A DNA stretch of 64,000 nt from the human T2T-CHM13v2.0 reference genome, Homo sapiens, in NCBI RefSeq assembly GCF_009914755.1, contig NC_060929.1. One strand, written 5' to 3'. Under the pieces are notes generated by a model. The model saw only the letters and a program-made list of their open reading frames with translations. It was not told where the DNA came from and did not search any database. Within the stretch, counting starts at the first letter, position 1, and each line of letters starts with the position of its first letter. Positions 26,775-41,559 of the stretch are shown here, piece by piece. Made by a program: the position numbers and the translations under genes.

Positions 26775-26902
26775 CTGGAGCAGGATGATCATTGTGAGGA
26801 ACATGTAGAAGCCCCCAAGGGCACTGGGAAGGAAGCTGCCATTGGCATCTGGCACATCGAAGGGAGGGTGTTCTTCAAAGGTCCCATTCCAGATGCTGTG
26901 AC
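26775..26902 (-). CDS. ATP10B: ATP10B coding exon (~exon 11, 128 nt): [42 protein letters not shown] (exoplasmic loop + start of TM4)
   Basis: Acceptor cctcctctcag|GT, donor CAG|gtagga; read by hand. Confidence 0.95.
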
Positions 26903-27294
26903 CTGAGAGGAGGCAAAACCAGGAATGAGGCTGAATCTCTACTAAGTCCTAAAGTTGGTCAATTATACCAGCCCTTGACACATTCCTAGAAATGGGTGTG
27001 CTTTGGAGGACCCCTCCTTCTTCCATACAATGTAGCTCTGTGTGTGTGTGTGTTTGTGTATGTGCATGTGTTCATGTTGCTCTAAAGTGGTTCTTCGTAT
27101 ACATTTCAATCCCTTGATAGGCATTAAGTTTGTTTTACAAGAGGAGATTGGCATGAGGATTACTTCTGTTTTGATTAAGTCTTGTTAAATAGGGGCTGGA
27201 AAGAGAGAAAGAAATACTTGTTCTTTTTTGTTCTGTGGTGCACACTTTTGTGCATGGGTAGGGAGCCTTGAGACCTGTCCCCTAGTCTTCCCCT

Positions 27295-27995
27295 TCTTAT
27301 CCCATCTAATGCCCATCTACCCATCCATCCTGCCATTAATCAATTTTTCTATCCATTTATCTATCCATTCATCCATCCATCCACCTACCCATCTACTCAC
27401 CCGTCCATCCACCCATCCATCAATTCTTCCATCCACCCACTCATATACCCACCCTTCCTTCCTTCCTTCCATTTATCCATCCATCCTTCCATTCATCCAT
27501 TTTTCTATAGATTCATCTATTCATTCATCCATCCACCCATCTACTCACCCATCTATCCATCCATCAATCCCTCCATCCACCCACCCACCCACCCATCCAT
27601 CAATCCATCCATCTATCCATCCATCCATCCATGAATCCATCCATCCATCCATCCATCCATCCATCCATCCATCCATCCATCCATCCATCCATCTTTCTAT
27701 CCATTCACCCATCCATCCACCCATCTACTCACCCATCTATCCATCTATCCATCCATCCATCCATCCATCCATCTGTCCATCCATTTATCCTTCTATTCAT
27801 CAGTTTTTCTATCCATTCATCTATCTATTCATCCATCTACCCACCCACCCATTCATCCATTCATCCATCCATATACTCCATATACTCACCCATTTATCCA
27901 TCCATCCATCCACCCTCCTACCCACCTACTTACCCATCCATCCATTTATCCATCCATCCATTCATCCATCCATCCATCTATGTTTACCCATTCAT
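27295..27995. repeat. Degenerate (CCAT)n/(ATGG)n tetranucleotide tract, ~700 bp
   Basis: Direct reading; pure core near 27636-27692; produces spurious HPSI-repeat ORFs. Confidence 0.97.
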
Positions 27996-29890
27996 CCCTC
28001 CCTCTGTCTGACATTGATTAATTCAAGAAGTTAGTACTAATTCTTGTCATTGTGGAGTTTGCTTCCAAATTAGGGAGCCAGGCATAAAAGGACAAATCAC
28101 ATACAGTATGAGAGGTGCAATAGCAGAGCCTAGAATGCTGTGACAGCCCATAGCAACAGCACCAGGTACAGACTGAACTCTGTTTCCTTATCTGCAAAGG
28201 AGATAACAACACGCATTACCTGAGGATTATGTAAGGTGAAGTGCATCCAGCACCTGTTATAGAGCTCACTAAATCTCAGTGTTCTTGTCTGTTAAATAGT
28301 AATAATACCTTCTCTATAGAGTTATTGTGAAAATAGAATAATCTAATGTTTAAAATGCTCTCAGCTCCAAGAAGTATAGAGAATAAAAGGCATAGAGGAT
28401 GTTGCAATGCCTAAAGATGCTTCCTTGCCCAGGAGTTTGGGCCAAATGCCGTCATACCTAACAGAAGAAAGGAAACTTACAGACATGAAGCTATTTATGT
28501 GAAGGTACTGTTATAAAGCAGATGACTAAGGACAAAACACATGGCACAGAGTAAGGGCCACTGGCCTTTAAGGGAATAAGACAAGTATGGGAAAAGCCCG
28601 AGAAGGCTGAATGGATGAGGAGGACTTGAGGGGGTCCTGGAGCCCCAGCACGTGTTGGATGGTCAGGAGGGCCAGGGCAGAGTATTCTGGTGAGGAAAGA
28701 AGAAACACCACCTTTACAAAATCAAAGTAAACATGTGGTCAAGAACTGTGGAATGGTGCTCATTTGAGAGCTTTCATCTTCTGTAGGGCTGTGCTTTAAT
28801 TAGGCATCATCAGAGTCCTGTGTATGAGTTGTTAATTCAGAATAGAATTCTGACCCTCCTCATGAACTTTCTTCATTTCTTTATTGTTTTGGGGAATCTG
28901 CCAAGCAGATTCTGGTTTCCCTGTGCCTTTTCTTGTCCTGTGACCTTTTAATCATTAACTTTCTTTTTCTGGAGACACAGTGAGATGATCTCAAATGTCT
29001 TTTTCACGCTGATATGCCCTGAAAAACCTGTCCTGAAGCAGAAACAACAGTTCCTGCAGCATCTTGGGGACACAGGTGGCCAAATGGGCTGGGGAGAGGG
29101 TGGGAGCGGGGACAATGGCTTTCTTGTTTCCCTGCTTCCCCTCCCCCAGGTGCTCTCCTTACAGCTGTGAGCCAGCCTCAAGTGGAGTGCTATTAGACAT
29201 ACCTGGGAACTCCAGGCCACCCACAAGACTCAATCCCATCTTCATCACTGTAGTGGCACACAAAGTCTCTCTGAGCCCCTATGAAGCTCTCAGCCTTTCA
29301 GACACCATCTTTCTAACAACAGCAATGGCTACGATTTCTGACTAATGCAAGTAAACAGCAAACACCACTGCTGCTCATTGGTTTCGGGTCTGCATATTTC
29401 TGGACTCAGGACATGAGTTTTTCTCTTGATTGTCCCTGGTTCTTTCTGAGATCTCCTTTAGCATCCTGAGAATCATTTTTAGAATAAGGCCATAGACAGT
29501 GGGGAGTCTTGGCCCCTCTTTATCTACACTCTGAGGATCAACTTAAAGGGCTCCAGATCACTCCTGTCTCCACCTCTCATGGTGCTCCTCACTCAGCTCG
29601 GGCCACAGACTGGCTCAGCTTTGGTCTCCATTCTTGGCCTTACTCTTGCCACATCCAACAGCCAACTGCTCCTCTGCACAAAACCATTTTCCTTCCTGCC
29701 TCTGTGCTTTGTGATTTTCCTGGGGCTAAGAGTGGCCTCTCTCTTTCTGCTCACAGCTGCCTGCCACATCCAGCCCCTACACTTGGCTCTGCCATCCTCC
29801 TCCTCTGGCAAATGTCTACTCCACTTGAGAATCAGCTTTAGCAGCTACCTCTTCAAGAAAGACTTTCCTCATTGCTGCTCCCATAATATC

Positions 29891-30804
29891 TGTGGTAAGG
29901 TGAATAATACCCCCTCTCTCCCCAGGATATATCCTAATCCTTGGGGCCCTATGAATACACTATCTTATATGGCCAAAGGGCTTTGCAGATAGGATTAGGT
30001 CATAGATCTTGAGATGGGAAGAGTATCTCGATTATGAAGGTGGGCCCAATGATGTAATCACAGGTGTCTTGTAAAAGGCAGGGAGAGCTACTGCTGCAGA
30101 TGAGGAGAGGAAAATGTAGGCAGAGATTGGGGTGGTGCACTCTGAAGACTGAGGAAGGAACCACAGACTAAGGACTATAGGCAGCCACTAGAAACGGAAA
30201 AAGACAAGGAATAGAGCCTTCCTTCAGAGCCTCTAGGAGGAACCAGAACTGCCGATGCCCTGACTTTAACGCAGTGGTCCGCAACATTTTTGGTATCAGT
30301 GGCTGGTTTTGCGGAAGACAATTTTTCCACAGTCAGTGGGGAGGGGGAGATGGTTTCAGGGGTTTCAGGATGATTCAAGTGCATTATATTTACAGTGCAC
30401 TTTATTTCTATTATTACATTGTAATATATAATAAAATAATTATACAACTTACCATAGTGGAATCAGTGGGAGCCCTGAGCTTATTTTTTTGCAACTATAT
30501 GGTCCCATGTAGGGATAATGGGAGACAGCGACAGATCATCAAGCATTTGATTCTCATAAGAAGCACACAACCTAGATCCCTTGCATGTGCAGTTCACAAT
30601 AGGTTTTGCACTCCTGTGAGAATCTAATGCCACCACTGATCTGACAGGAGGTACTGGCCCTTGGCCCAGGGGTTTGAGACTCCTGCCTTAACCTACTGAA
30701 ATTGATTTTGAACTTCTGATCTCCAGAGCTGTAACAGAATAAATTTGTGTTGTTCTAAATGACTGTGTGTTCATGTTTTACAGCAGCAATGGGAAACAAA
30801 TACA
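29891..30804 (+). mobile_element. MLT1 (MaLR) solo LTR interrupted by MER1
   Basis: tgtggtaag...start; MLT1 3' end aataaatttgtgttgtt...cagcagcaatgggaaacaaataca. Confidence 0.8.
30272..30685. mobile_element. MER1A/B hAT-Charlie DNA transposon nested in MLT1
   Basis: cag...ctg termini; degenerate 8-bp TSD ctttaacg / ccttaacc; characteristic internal tgcactttatttctattattacattgtaatatataa. Confidence 0.85.
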
Positions 30805-31081
30805 GTCTGATTCGTCTTGTTTTCATTCCATGCTACGAGAGTGCCTGTGTTCAGTAAATATTTCTTGACCAAATAAATATCAGATGATATTCTGAATAGT
30901 TAAAGAACACATACTACTTTTAGGAGATTTTCTCTTGCATTTTCATTTCATTGGCATCCCGTTAAAGTGGGCAGGGTAGGCTTTACATTTTATTAGCCCT
31001 ACTTTATAAATGAGGAAGCTGAAGAAACTTGCCCAAATAAATCGATTACTGTGTCCTTGTTCTTTCCAGAACATCCCATAC

Positions 31082-31213
31082 CTACAGCTCCAATAAGGCA
31101 CATGAGGATGAGGATCCCAATGCAGAAGAAGATGTCTATATTCATGCGCCGCTCAATCTTGCTGCGTTTGTACCGGGGGCCACTGTTGTTCAGCATGGCT
31201 TTCGTCTCATGGC
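31082..31213 (-). CDS. ATP10B: ATP10B coding exon (~exon 10, 132 nt): [24 protein letters not shown] + TM3
   Basis: Acceptor ttctctcaaag|GC, donor TAG|gtatgg; overlaps ORF 30999..31196. Confidence 0.96.
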
Positions 31214-33070
31214 CTTTGAGAGAAAATGAGGAAATCAGTCCCTTAGTTCCTGTTTGCCTATGTCTTACACCATTCCCTCAGCTCTTCTCACAGGAGCTTA
31301 AGATAAAAGAGAGGCTTCACTCTTTAACCTGAACTTGCCCCGCCTCAGAAGGTTGCTGAGAACAGCTGTAGGGGCCTCACATAATTTACCAGCAGGCACT
31401 CAGTGAGCATCCCCTTCATGCATGCCAGACACTGTGGTGGGCACTGAGAGAGCTCCCATGCACAGGCTATGCCCTGTACAACTTTAGAGCGTAGCCCTCA
31501 TTCTGTAGTTGCCAAAGATTTATAAGTTTATTATGGACAGAGTTCTGGCAAATGATAGTAAGCTGTCTTAAAGAAGGGCTGTCTTTTCCTAATTTGCACA
31601 AAGGTTCTGTTCCACCTGTTATGGGCTAGCAGTGGGATACAATGGCAAGACATAGGGTTCACATTCTATTGAAGATATACAAGAAGACAGAAGGGATAAT
31701 TATCATTATTAATAAGTCCTATGAAATAAATAATATACAGTAAACAAAAGGCCAAGGTGGAAAAGAGGTGGTGTTGGAGAGCCTGCTCAGGGAAAGCTGC
31801 TCCAAGGAGATGACATTGAAGGGAGGCCTGAAGGGAAAGCAGAGTTGGCAGCAGAGTTTTAGGCTGGGGAACTGTATATGCAAAAGCCCTGTGGTAGGAC
31901 AGTGCCTGGGACCAGCAGTTTCCCTATTTGTTTCTTTGGTCATGCCTAAGTTGTTGGTGTTGCCTGAGCAAGAGTAGTAGGGACCAAAGGTCCCCACCCC
32001 AGCACTAACCCTGGGCAGCTCCACTCCTATGTTGAAGTTTTGCATACAATTTTGGTTAAAGAAAGGATGACAAAGTTTGAAAACTACCAATCTCACCCAG
32101 TCACCTTCTTCTCCAGTAGGGGAAGCTGAGGGCTAGAGGGTAAAAAGGATCTGCCCAAAGTGAAAGAATAAGTCAATGTCAGAGTCACATTGTGAACCCA
32201 AGATTCAGATTGCCAGTGTAGTTCTCCTTTCACCAACCCCTGGGACCCAAGATCACACACCTAAGAGCTAAGAGTCAAACTGAGACTTTGTCTTTAGACA
32301 GAGCCTCTCCTTTGGGGCTGCTGAATGTTAACTACAGTGCCATACTCCTCAGCAGTCAAATGAAAAACACATCAGTTGCATATTTTCTGTGCAAAATTGA
32401 AGAAAACCAATACATCAGCTCCAGAAGCAAACGGCTTTTATGCTGTTTAGCTGGTTGTCTTGTGGATTTAAAGTAGCAACAAAACAGTAGGAGCAAAAAA
32501 ACTCTAGGCTTTTAAAATTAGACTCAAGTTGCTGCAGTTGTGAGCAGGGGTTCCAGCAGTACTCCTGGGCCTGTAGAATTTCTGCCTGCCTCTCAGCCTC
32601 ACTCCATTCAGGGATCCTGGGACTATCCCCTTCACCCACCTGATCCTTGCCTTCTGAGACCCCTCTGTTCTTTTGGAAAGAGTTGGGTTCAAGGGGAGGA
32701 AGTATGGGGCAGTGGATAAGAGTGTGGGCTCTAGAGTCGGAGCTCAGCTCTGTGGATACTTGACCTTGGGTTGCAGAGAGTTCAACTCAGGAGGCATGTG
32801 ACTTTGGGTGAGTGACCCTCTTTGTACTTCAATTCCTCATCTAAAAAATGGGAGATGATTGTGGTGTATGAAGTGGGAAAATAAATCAATACACACAAAG
32901 TACTAAATTAGTTTCTGGTAAGTTGGGACTCAGTGTTTGCTGTGAGGAGCACACACCTCTACATTGGACCTCTTTCTTCTGTAAATCTCACCTTGGCCTT
33001 TTTGGGCCTTTGACTCTGAGGCCCTGTTTTACCCGTTGATAATGTCAAGGGTGAAATGAGAATTCTGGAC

Positions 33071-33274
33071 CATTGCTCTCACCAGGAGTGATTTTACTCC
33101 CCAGAGGACATTTGGCAACGTCTTGAGAAATTTGGGTTATCTCACTTGGTGGGGGGTGTTAATGCATCTTGTGGGTAGAGGCCAGAGATGCTGCTAAATA
33201 CCCTACAGGACAGCCCCCGTCACAAAGAATAATATGGGCCAAAATGTCAATGGTGCCAAAGGTGAGAACCCCAG
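33071..33274. mobile_element. MER20 DNA transposon
   Basis: ggacatttggcaa...gggtagaggccagagatgctgctaaa...aaaatgtcaat...gagaacccc. Confidence 0.8.
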
Positions 33275-34767
33275 CTCTAGATAATAATGTTAAAAACAAC
33301 TGGTATCTTCTTTCTCATAGTTTTGCGGGCCTGATGTATTCCAACTGTCGTATTAGGCCCTTTTCACAGATAATCTCATTCTAACATTATAAAGCTACAA
33401 GGTAGAAACTATTAGTCCCTCTTGCACTGAAAGTTCAACCATCCTGTTCAGGAACATGCAGAATATGAATGGATTTTACCCATAGGCAGCCCGACTAGCT
33501 GGAGCCATGGTTAACACTCCATATCTGCCACCTTATATACCACTCCCATCACCTACTCAAGGTTTCTTCTTTATTTCTGTTCAGGCAGAGAAGCAAAGCT
33601 CTAAATCTATGTGATTATGATTACCATTTTCTTTTTTGGTACAGTGGAGATTGCTGGAGAGTCTGGAGAGTTCATTTTTAATAGGTTTACCAGATGGTGT
33701 TGAACTCCATTGCTAAAGATCTTCGAAATAAGTCATCTGAACTGACAAATATAATCCCCCTCTCCCAAATTAGGGAAAGCTAGCTAAATCGTGACATTAT
33801 GTTTAAAAAGACCTGTTTTTCTTTGACAATCCCAAAGAGTAAATCTTATGGTAGATGGATATTTAAATGCTTTTCTATGTCCATCAGAAGTGGGGTTCTA
33901 TGGAGACCAAACCAAACAAAAAAGCAATAAGCAAACTATTCCAAAGTGTCCCAGTGAGTGGAAGACTCAGAAGAAAACACATTCTGGAGTTTTCCAGCAA
34001 AGGTAGATGCTCCAGAGAGACCATGTTTCCTCTGTTGTGGCTGAAGTCTTCAGGTGTTCATGTAACAACAGGTGCGTTGCGTACCTACGAGCACTGGTGT
34101 TAAGTACTAGAGATACAGCAGCTCCAAGATTGCCCTCCAAGACTTTAGATTTCATTGTGAGAAGCGCTGCTATTATCTTTTTTCATTGGAAAGCAGGATC
34201 AAAGTGGGAAGGAGAGATAGGCCTCCATATATGGAGCCATAAAATAAATAAAGGTAATAGTAAAAACATAACTGCAAAAACAACTAAAACCCACTGAGCC
34301 CTCTCTTTGCTATAGGCAGTGCTGGATGCTTTTCATGTGCTGAGTAATTTGATCCTTACAAACACTCTATGAGGCAGATACAAATATTCTCCCCACTGTA
34401 CAAATGAGGAAATTGAGGCTCCAAAGGGGAAGTTGTTAAGTTTGGTGAGGTTATTCCACAGGCTTAAGAAGATACACTTCATTCTGGCTTTAGTTAGTAG
34501 CACAAAACCACCGGGATGATTGAGTGTGAATCCCTTTCCCTATCTAGTGCAGATGGGTGATATTAACTTGGAATCTCATCATGTCTCCTGTAGAGTGAGT
34601 GAACTGCTGTGATTCCCAGCCTCCGTTTGCTTAGTTGAGAAATGGGAAGTTACATGAGTAAATGGGAAGTTACTGTGAACAGTTGTTGGTTCCCATTGAC
34701 TGAAGATGGATTTGGAGGGGGAAGGATAAAGGAAAATTCAGACAAAAGAAACTACCCAGACAATGAC

Positions 34768-34874
34768 CTGCATAGATGACAATGCCAACAGCCATCTCGG
34801 TGTTTCTGATGGTGCAGCCTCGAAGCAGAAGACTCTCACAGCCAAAGCCAGTCCTGGTCTGGTCAGGATGCTCC
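34768..34874 (-). CDS. ATP10B: ATP10B coding exon (~exon 9, 107 nt): [35 protein letters not shown](G)
   Basis: Acceptor catccccag|G, donor CAG|gtcatt; conserved P4-ATPase LLRGC..RNT motif. Confidence 0.96.
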
Positions 34875-35195
34875 CTGGGGATGATGAATAAAAGACAGGG
34901 GGTGGTTTGGTGGCCTTTCCTTGCTGTCACTGGGTACTGTCACAGAACTAGAAGTGGTGAGTGAACATGATCCCTCTCCTCCCTGTTTTTTCAGAAGAGT
35001 GATGGTAGCTGAGAATCTAATCTCCTTCATGTTCAAGGGTAGATCTCTTTTTTGCTCCTAGGAGGCCTGGGTGGGAGCTAGACCATTAGAAGGGAATTGT
35101 CCACCCTGAGAAAATTGTCCCATTTACCAACATAAAAGGCAGAACTCTGGTGAAAAAGCCTTGGCTTCAATTCTCATATTCAAAATGTTTTTATG

Positions 35196-35834
<639 letters not shown>

Positions 35835-37493
35835 AAAAACAAATAAGCAAACAAAAGTGCAAGGGAACTGGCTTCTGGCCTTACAAGGACTGGCAGTGTT
35901 CACATGCTCATTGTCATTCAGCTTCTGGGGACCTGAACTGCAGAAGGTGAACTTCCAAGGGGAGCCTCCAGGTAGTCTTGCTTTTCATACAGGGGACAGG
36001 GGACAGGTAAGAATGGTAAAGTAAGGAAGGGCAGGTCATGGGTTCCTCTCGTTCCGAGCCACATCACTCACTCGGCCTCTTTCCTGTACCAGCTTTCACC
36101 TGCTCAACAGCTCATAAAATAGACCTCACAGGAGTGGCCCTTTGCCCAAATTATTGGGAGGCAGATCCTAAAAGTAGAGATAGTTTCTTCTTTCTTCTAG
36201 TCCAGGGAGCATTGCAGTTTTCCACCTCACACTAGAAACTTCTGAGTCCAATCAACTCTAGTTATGACCTGGGGTCTGGCCTTTACTCTATCCTGATGCC
36301 GTTCCTTTGAGATTTTCAGCAAGCTTAAATATAACTTTCCAAACCTATTTGGGAGAACAAAAAAATAATAATCCGAACTCTTAGAGCTCTTTTTTAAACG
36401 TGTTGTTCTTCAATACTTCTTATCGCTAAGTCCAGTTATAAGCCTTTTTCACTGAAGCCTCATGACAACCTTATAAGACAGGGCTTATTATCATACCCAC
36501 TTTACAGATAGGGAAACTGAGGCAAGTTCATAAAGCCAGGAAGTGGCAGAATGGGGATTCAAAACTAGTCTGGCCCCAGAGTGCTATACTGCCACTCAAT
36601 ATGCCTTTTAATGCTAATGATTCCTCACTGTGTTTATAAACTACATTTACTTACATGATTTTGTTTGACTCTTTGTGGTCTGGGAAGTTAGTAGGATGAT
36701 TATTTTTATTTATGAAAAAGTAGAAGCTCAGAGTGGCTGAGATTTTTCCAAGGCTATACAACTAGTACATGAGACATCCTAAGACCAGGGAATCTAGGTC
36801 ACAGACACCCACCCTACTGAGATTTTCACTACCTTAGGGTACCTAAAGTACTACCCCACTCACCCACACTAAATCAGAGTCATTTCTATTTTCACTTCTG
36901 CTGAATATGTCAAGGAGGATGTTTCATTTCTTGCTAGTATGTTCTTGACCCTATTCTAATGTTTGTCTATCCTACTTTTTAAAGCAAAGGATGCTATGGC
37001 AAATAATAGTTAGAATATAACTGTTTTGATTTCATTGTATTAATTTTTACCTCTTAAGTATAGTAAGTGATCCTGGTTTCCCATAGGGCCCAGTGATATA
37101 AATTTTCCTTTTCAAATAAATTTTGGAAAAAGTAAGGTAATTAAAAATCTGGTAGATAAAATAGATTTTACTGAATATGATAAAAATCATAAAGGTGGTC
37201 TAAGAATGTCTGAGGTTCAGGACCCACCATTGCTCCTTCTGTTTATTAAGGAGGAGGCTGGCTGTGGATTTAATACTGGGCTAATGAACCTTGCTTGTCT
37301 CACTGTCAGTAGCTTGTGGTTTCAAGAATAATTTTAGGATGTTCTGAAGTGATAGCATATGAGAGAGGCTTCTACTTCTCTCGGTTGTAATGTTCCTTTT
37401 CAAAGAATGGTAGAAAAGGATTTGCTATCTTATAGCTGTTGTCTATTTAGCGCTCTTGGTTTACAAGGATGGTCTGTTATACTTTTTATAGGC

Positions 37494-37720
37494 CAGCATT
37501 TCTCAACCTTGGTGTTATGAACATTTTGGACTACACAATTCTCTGCTGGGGTGGGGGGCTGTCCTGTGCATTGTAGCATCCCTGGCCCCTACCCAGTGGA
37601 TGCCAACAGCACCCCTCCCCAGTTGTGGCAAGAAAAATGATTCTAGACATTGTCAAATGTCTCCTGGTTGGAGGGGTGGTTTTGTTGTTGGTGGTGATTG
37701 TCCCTGGTTGAGAACCACTG
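37494..37720. mobile_element. MER20 DNA transposon (opposite orientation to the 33071 copy)
   Basis: cagcatttctcaacc...ggctgtcctgtgcattgtag...ggttgagaaccactg; the termini are inverted repeats. Confidence 0.85.
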
Positions 37721-38855
37721 CTCTGTAGAGATTCTTTCATTCAAAAGTCGCATTTTCAAATTGGACACCCTAACTTTCAAACAGATCATTGAAAGCTGTT
37801 GATCTTCTAGCCAGCCTGTGCAGCCTCAGGGAGCTTCTAAATTAACGGAACCCACAGAAGCTTCTGGGAAACCCAGAGGCATCAGACCAGTGGGTCTGCT
37901 CAGGAAGAAGGTGGAGACCATCTGTGGGTGCCAGGCCTGAGGGTGTTCTTGCTGAGTACAGCAAGGATGTAGGAGCACAGCAAGGAATGCTCCTTCATTC
38001 CATGGGTTAGCTACTCCGCAGTCCAACTGGACTTTTAGGACTCATCCATGAGGCCCAGTCATGTGGAGGAAGGACAGGTCTCCCAGAGCAGCAACTAGGA
38101 AGAGGAGGTGCTGGGGGCTGAGTGAAGCTGGGAGAGTTCTGTCCTGAAATCCGTCTGAGAGGGGCAGGCTGGAGCAGGTTGAAAGCTGAGAAAGGCTGGC
38201 TGTTAGCCTGAGCTGTTCTGGGGAGAAAGGGTCCTAAACAGAAATCTAACAATGAGGCTGTTCTCTAAGAGGATATGGAGAGTGACTCAAGGCGTGAGGG
38301 ATTTGGGATGAATCAAGTTCACAAACCTAAGGCACAAGGGGCGCCCTTCTCTTCAGAGCAGGTGACAGGCTTTACCTCCTTTGCAGCAAAGGCCTTTTCC
38401 CCAGGACCTCAGGCCCTTCTCTGCTTGTCTCCTTCTGCTCGCTCTGTGTATTTTAAAAGTAATTTGCCTATAAAAGCTATGGTTTCTCTGGTATTCTTCT
38501 TATTGTTTCTCCTTTCTATTTCTCCTCATTATATCCCTCATGGCCTGAGGACATGTGGGTGGAAGAAAGCAAAGACAACTGCATTTCAGGGAGCTGCAGG
38601 CCCTATTGGTGGAGAAATTGGTGTAACATGGCTGAGCTCCGCAATGTACGGCTATGGAAAGCACACTGGGGTTGGAGTCAAAAGACCCCCATATAAGTCC
38701 TGGCTTTGTCTTGTTCCTGCTGTGAGTTAGGGAGAATCTTTGCATCTATAAAGTCTCAGATCATCATAATCCACATCACGATATTCGCTTTCTGGGGTTG
38801 TTGTGAAGATTACACATGACAATGTTCTCTAGAAGTCCTCTGAAAACTGTTATAG

Positions 38856-39066
38856 CAAGCTTGTCCAACCCATGGCCCACATGTGGCCCAGGGTGGCTTT
38901 GAACATGGCCCAACACAAATTCATAAACTTTCTTAAAACATTATGAGATTATTATTATTATTACTACTTAGCTCATCAGCTATTGTTAGGGTTAGTGTAT
39001 TTTATGTGTGGCCCAAGACAATTCTTCCAATGTGGCCCAGGGAAGCCAGAAGTTTGGACACCCCTG
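38856..39066. mobile_element. MER30 hAT MITE
   Basis: caagcttgtccaacc...ggcccaacacaaattc...gtggcccagggaagcc...ttggacacccctg. Confidence 0.85.
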
Positions 39067-39800
39067 TAGAAAAGCATCGTATAAGGGCATTTACTCACAT
39101 CTGTTACTATGGCTCTTATTTTGTGGGAAGACTAGTGGTCTGATAAGGGAGCAGAATTGCAGTAAAATGCTTAGGCTGAACCAAAGTTGAGGAATAAGAA
39201 TAACAATTATCCTAATAGCAGGAGCCACTGTTAATTGAATATTTCCTCTCTGCCAGTTGCTGTGCTAAGGGCTTTGTGTATGCTGACAATCTTAGAAAAG
39301 AAAAACCCTTTGATATAGATATTATAATTTTATTTTATGGATGTGGAAACAGGCTCAGAGAGGTGAATTAATTTACCCAAGGTCATACAGCTTGTAATTT
39401 GCAGAACCCCGATTCAAACCCAGATCTGTCCAATTCCAAAGTCCCTGTTCTTACCTACAATGCAATATAGGCACTTAAAAAATTGATCTTAATTAAATCA
39501 TATTCACCTTCCTGAATCAGAGCACAATCTTGATTTTGATGCTATTTTACTAAGGTTTTTTTTTTTTTTTTTTAACAACATTGGTGAATTTAACCCTGCA
39601 ACATAAATAACTATCACTCAGCAAAAAAAAAAAAATAGAAAAAGTTTCCCAATTTAAATTTCTCTAGTCCCTCTTTATCACACACACACAAATAAAATTC
39701 CTCAGGATGAAGATGCTTATTTGTTTGGTCATTTCTAGACAATATATTTTCTAGCTGCAGCGGAGATATTTACTAGCAGCATGGGACATGAGATACTTAC

Positions 39801-39886
39801 ATATAACCCTTAAATTTGTTGAGGTGGTTGTTGGGTTTCTCACACACGATGGTATTGTGGAAAAGCTCTGGTTCGAACTGTACCTC
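39801..39886 (-). CDS. ATP10B: ATP10B coding exon (~exon 8, 86 nt): [28 protein letters not shown](M)
   Basis: Acceptor ctctctctcacag|GAG, donor TAT|gtaagt; the exon frame is not in the ORF track, read by hand. Confidence 0.95.
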
Positions 39887-40149
39887 CTGTGAGAGAGAGG
39901 ACTCTGTGAGTTTATTAATTCAGAGGGATCTAGTTTTAATAGGATCACTGGGAGAGCTAATCACTGTTAGAACCATTGCAAATAAGGTAATCCATGCTTT
40001 GTCACACTTTGATAGTTGTAATGTGTCAGAAAAAAAAGTTAAGTCCTCATTAAGGAAGAGAAAGCAAATGCCAGTGAAAAGTTTGATGCAGGGCAGAGGG
40101 AGGTGATTACCCTGATTGCATTTCTCTGACCTGCCTGGGTGTGGGGCTG

Positions 40150-40356
40150 TAGCCCAGATCTAATAGAACTTACTGCAATGATGGAATGTTCTGAGTCTGC
40201 ATTGTGCAGTATGGAAGCCACTAATCACATGTGTCTATTTAGCATTTGAAGTGTGGTAGTTTGACTAAGGAATTGTTTTCTTAAAAAATTTAATTTGATT
40301 TTAATTAAGCTTAAATAGCTACATGTGGCTAGTGGTTATCACATTCGATACCACAG
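40150..40356. mobile_element. MER3-like hAT MITE
   Basis: aatagaactt..tgcaatgatggaatgttct...agccact...cacatgtg...acatgtggctagtgg. Confidence 0.65.
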
Positions 40357-40449
40357 AAATAGATAATTAAAAAGAAGGCATTATAAATCACACCACATAG
40401 AGATATCCACAGCTAAAATGCTTGCGCATGTAATATTTCCAGGGTTTTA

Positions 40450-40938
<489 letters not shown>

Positions 40939-40948
40939 TCATTACAAC

Positions 40949-41559
40949 TGTCCCAGCACTGAGTAGCTAGATTAAACATTAAAAGCTGATTGAGCCAGTG
41001 TCCTTATACAATGGCTGGAATGTAACAAAGATCCCACCAAGGTTGCCTAGGCTTTTCCTGGGACTTGAAGCATGAGAGGATAATGAAGGAATTCTTATCA
41101 GGACCCTTTTCAGGATGAAATAAGTTTAATTGGTGGTCTGAAGAAACTCCCCAGGCCTCCACAAACAAGTTTAATGGTGTCTAAAGGAACTCCCCAAATC
41201 CTTATGATTTGTCAGGAGACAAGATAAAGTAATCACCTCAGCACCTAGACTCATTTAGATTAATTAAACTTACTGAGGCTCCAGAAGTAGGTCTTCAGGA
41301 CCCAGACCTTAGTTATAGATTAAAAGAAGTTAATCACTTATGTCTTCAGATGAATGCACACTTACACGTAGGCATATAGCTTAGAAGGTATATAAACTCT
41401 GGAAAACTTTGTAACTTTGAGTTGGTCTGGCAATAACTTCCAGGCCTTCTCCCTGTAACTGGTTAGAGAAATAAAAACTCTCTTCCTCCCCAATTCATCT
41501 GCATCTTGTTATTGGGCCACGAGAAATAGCAGCCCAACCCTCAGTTTGGTCCAGGAGCA
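40949..41559 (+). mobile_element. Apparently intact ERV solo LTR (~610 bp; subfamily not determined)
   Basis: TG...CA termini, TATATAAA at 41389-41396, AATAAA at 41470-41475, internal ~30-bp direct repeat (aagtttaat..ggtgtct..aactcccca) in U3; 5' boundary approximate. Confidence 0.75.

Noticed and set aside
27228-28034. 268-aa His/Pro/Ser/Ile-rich ORF
   Set aside because: Translation of the (CCAT)n repeat, with no coding signature.
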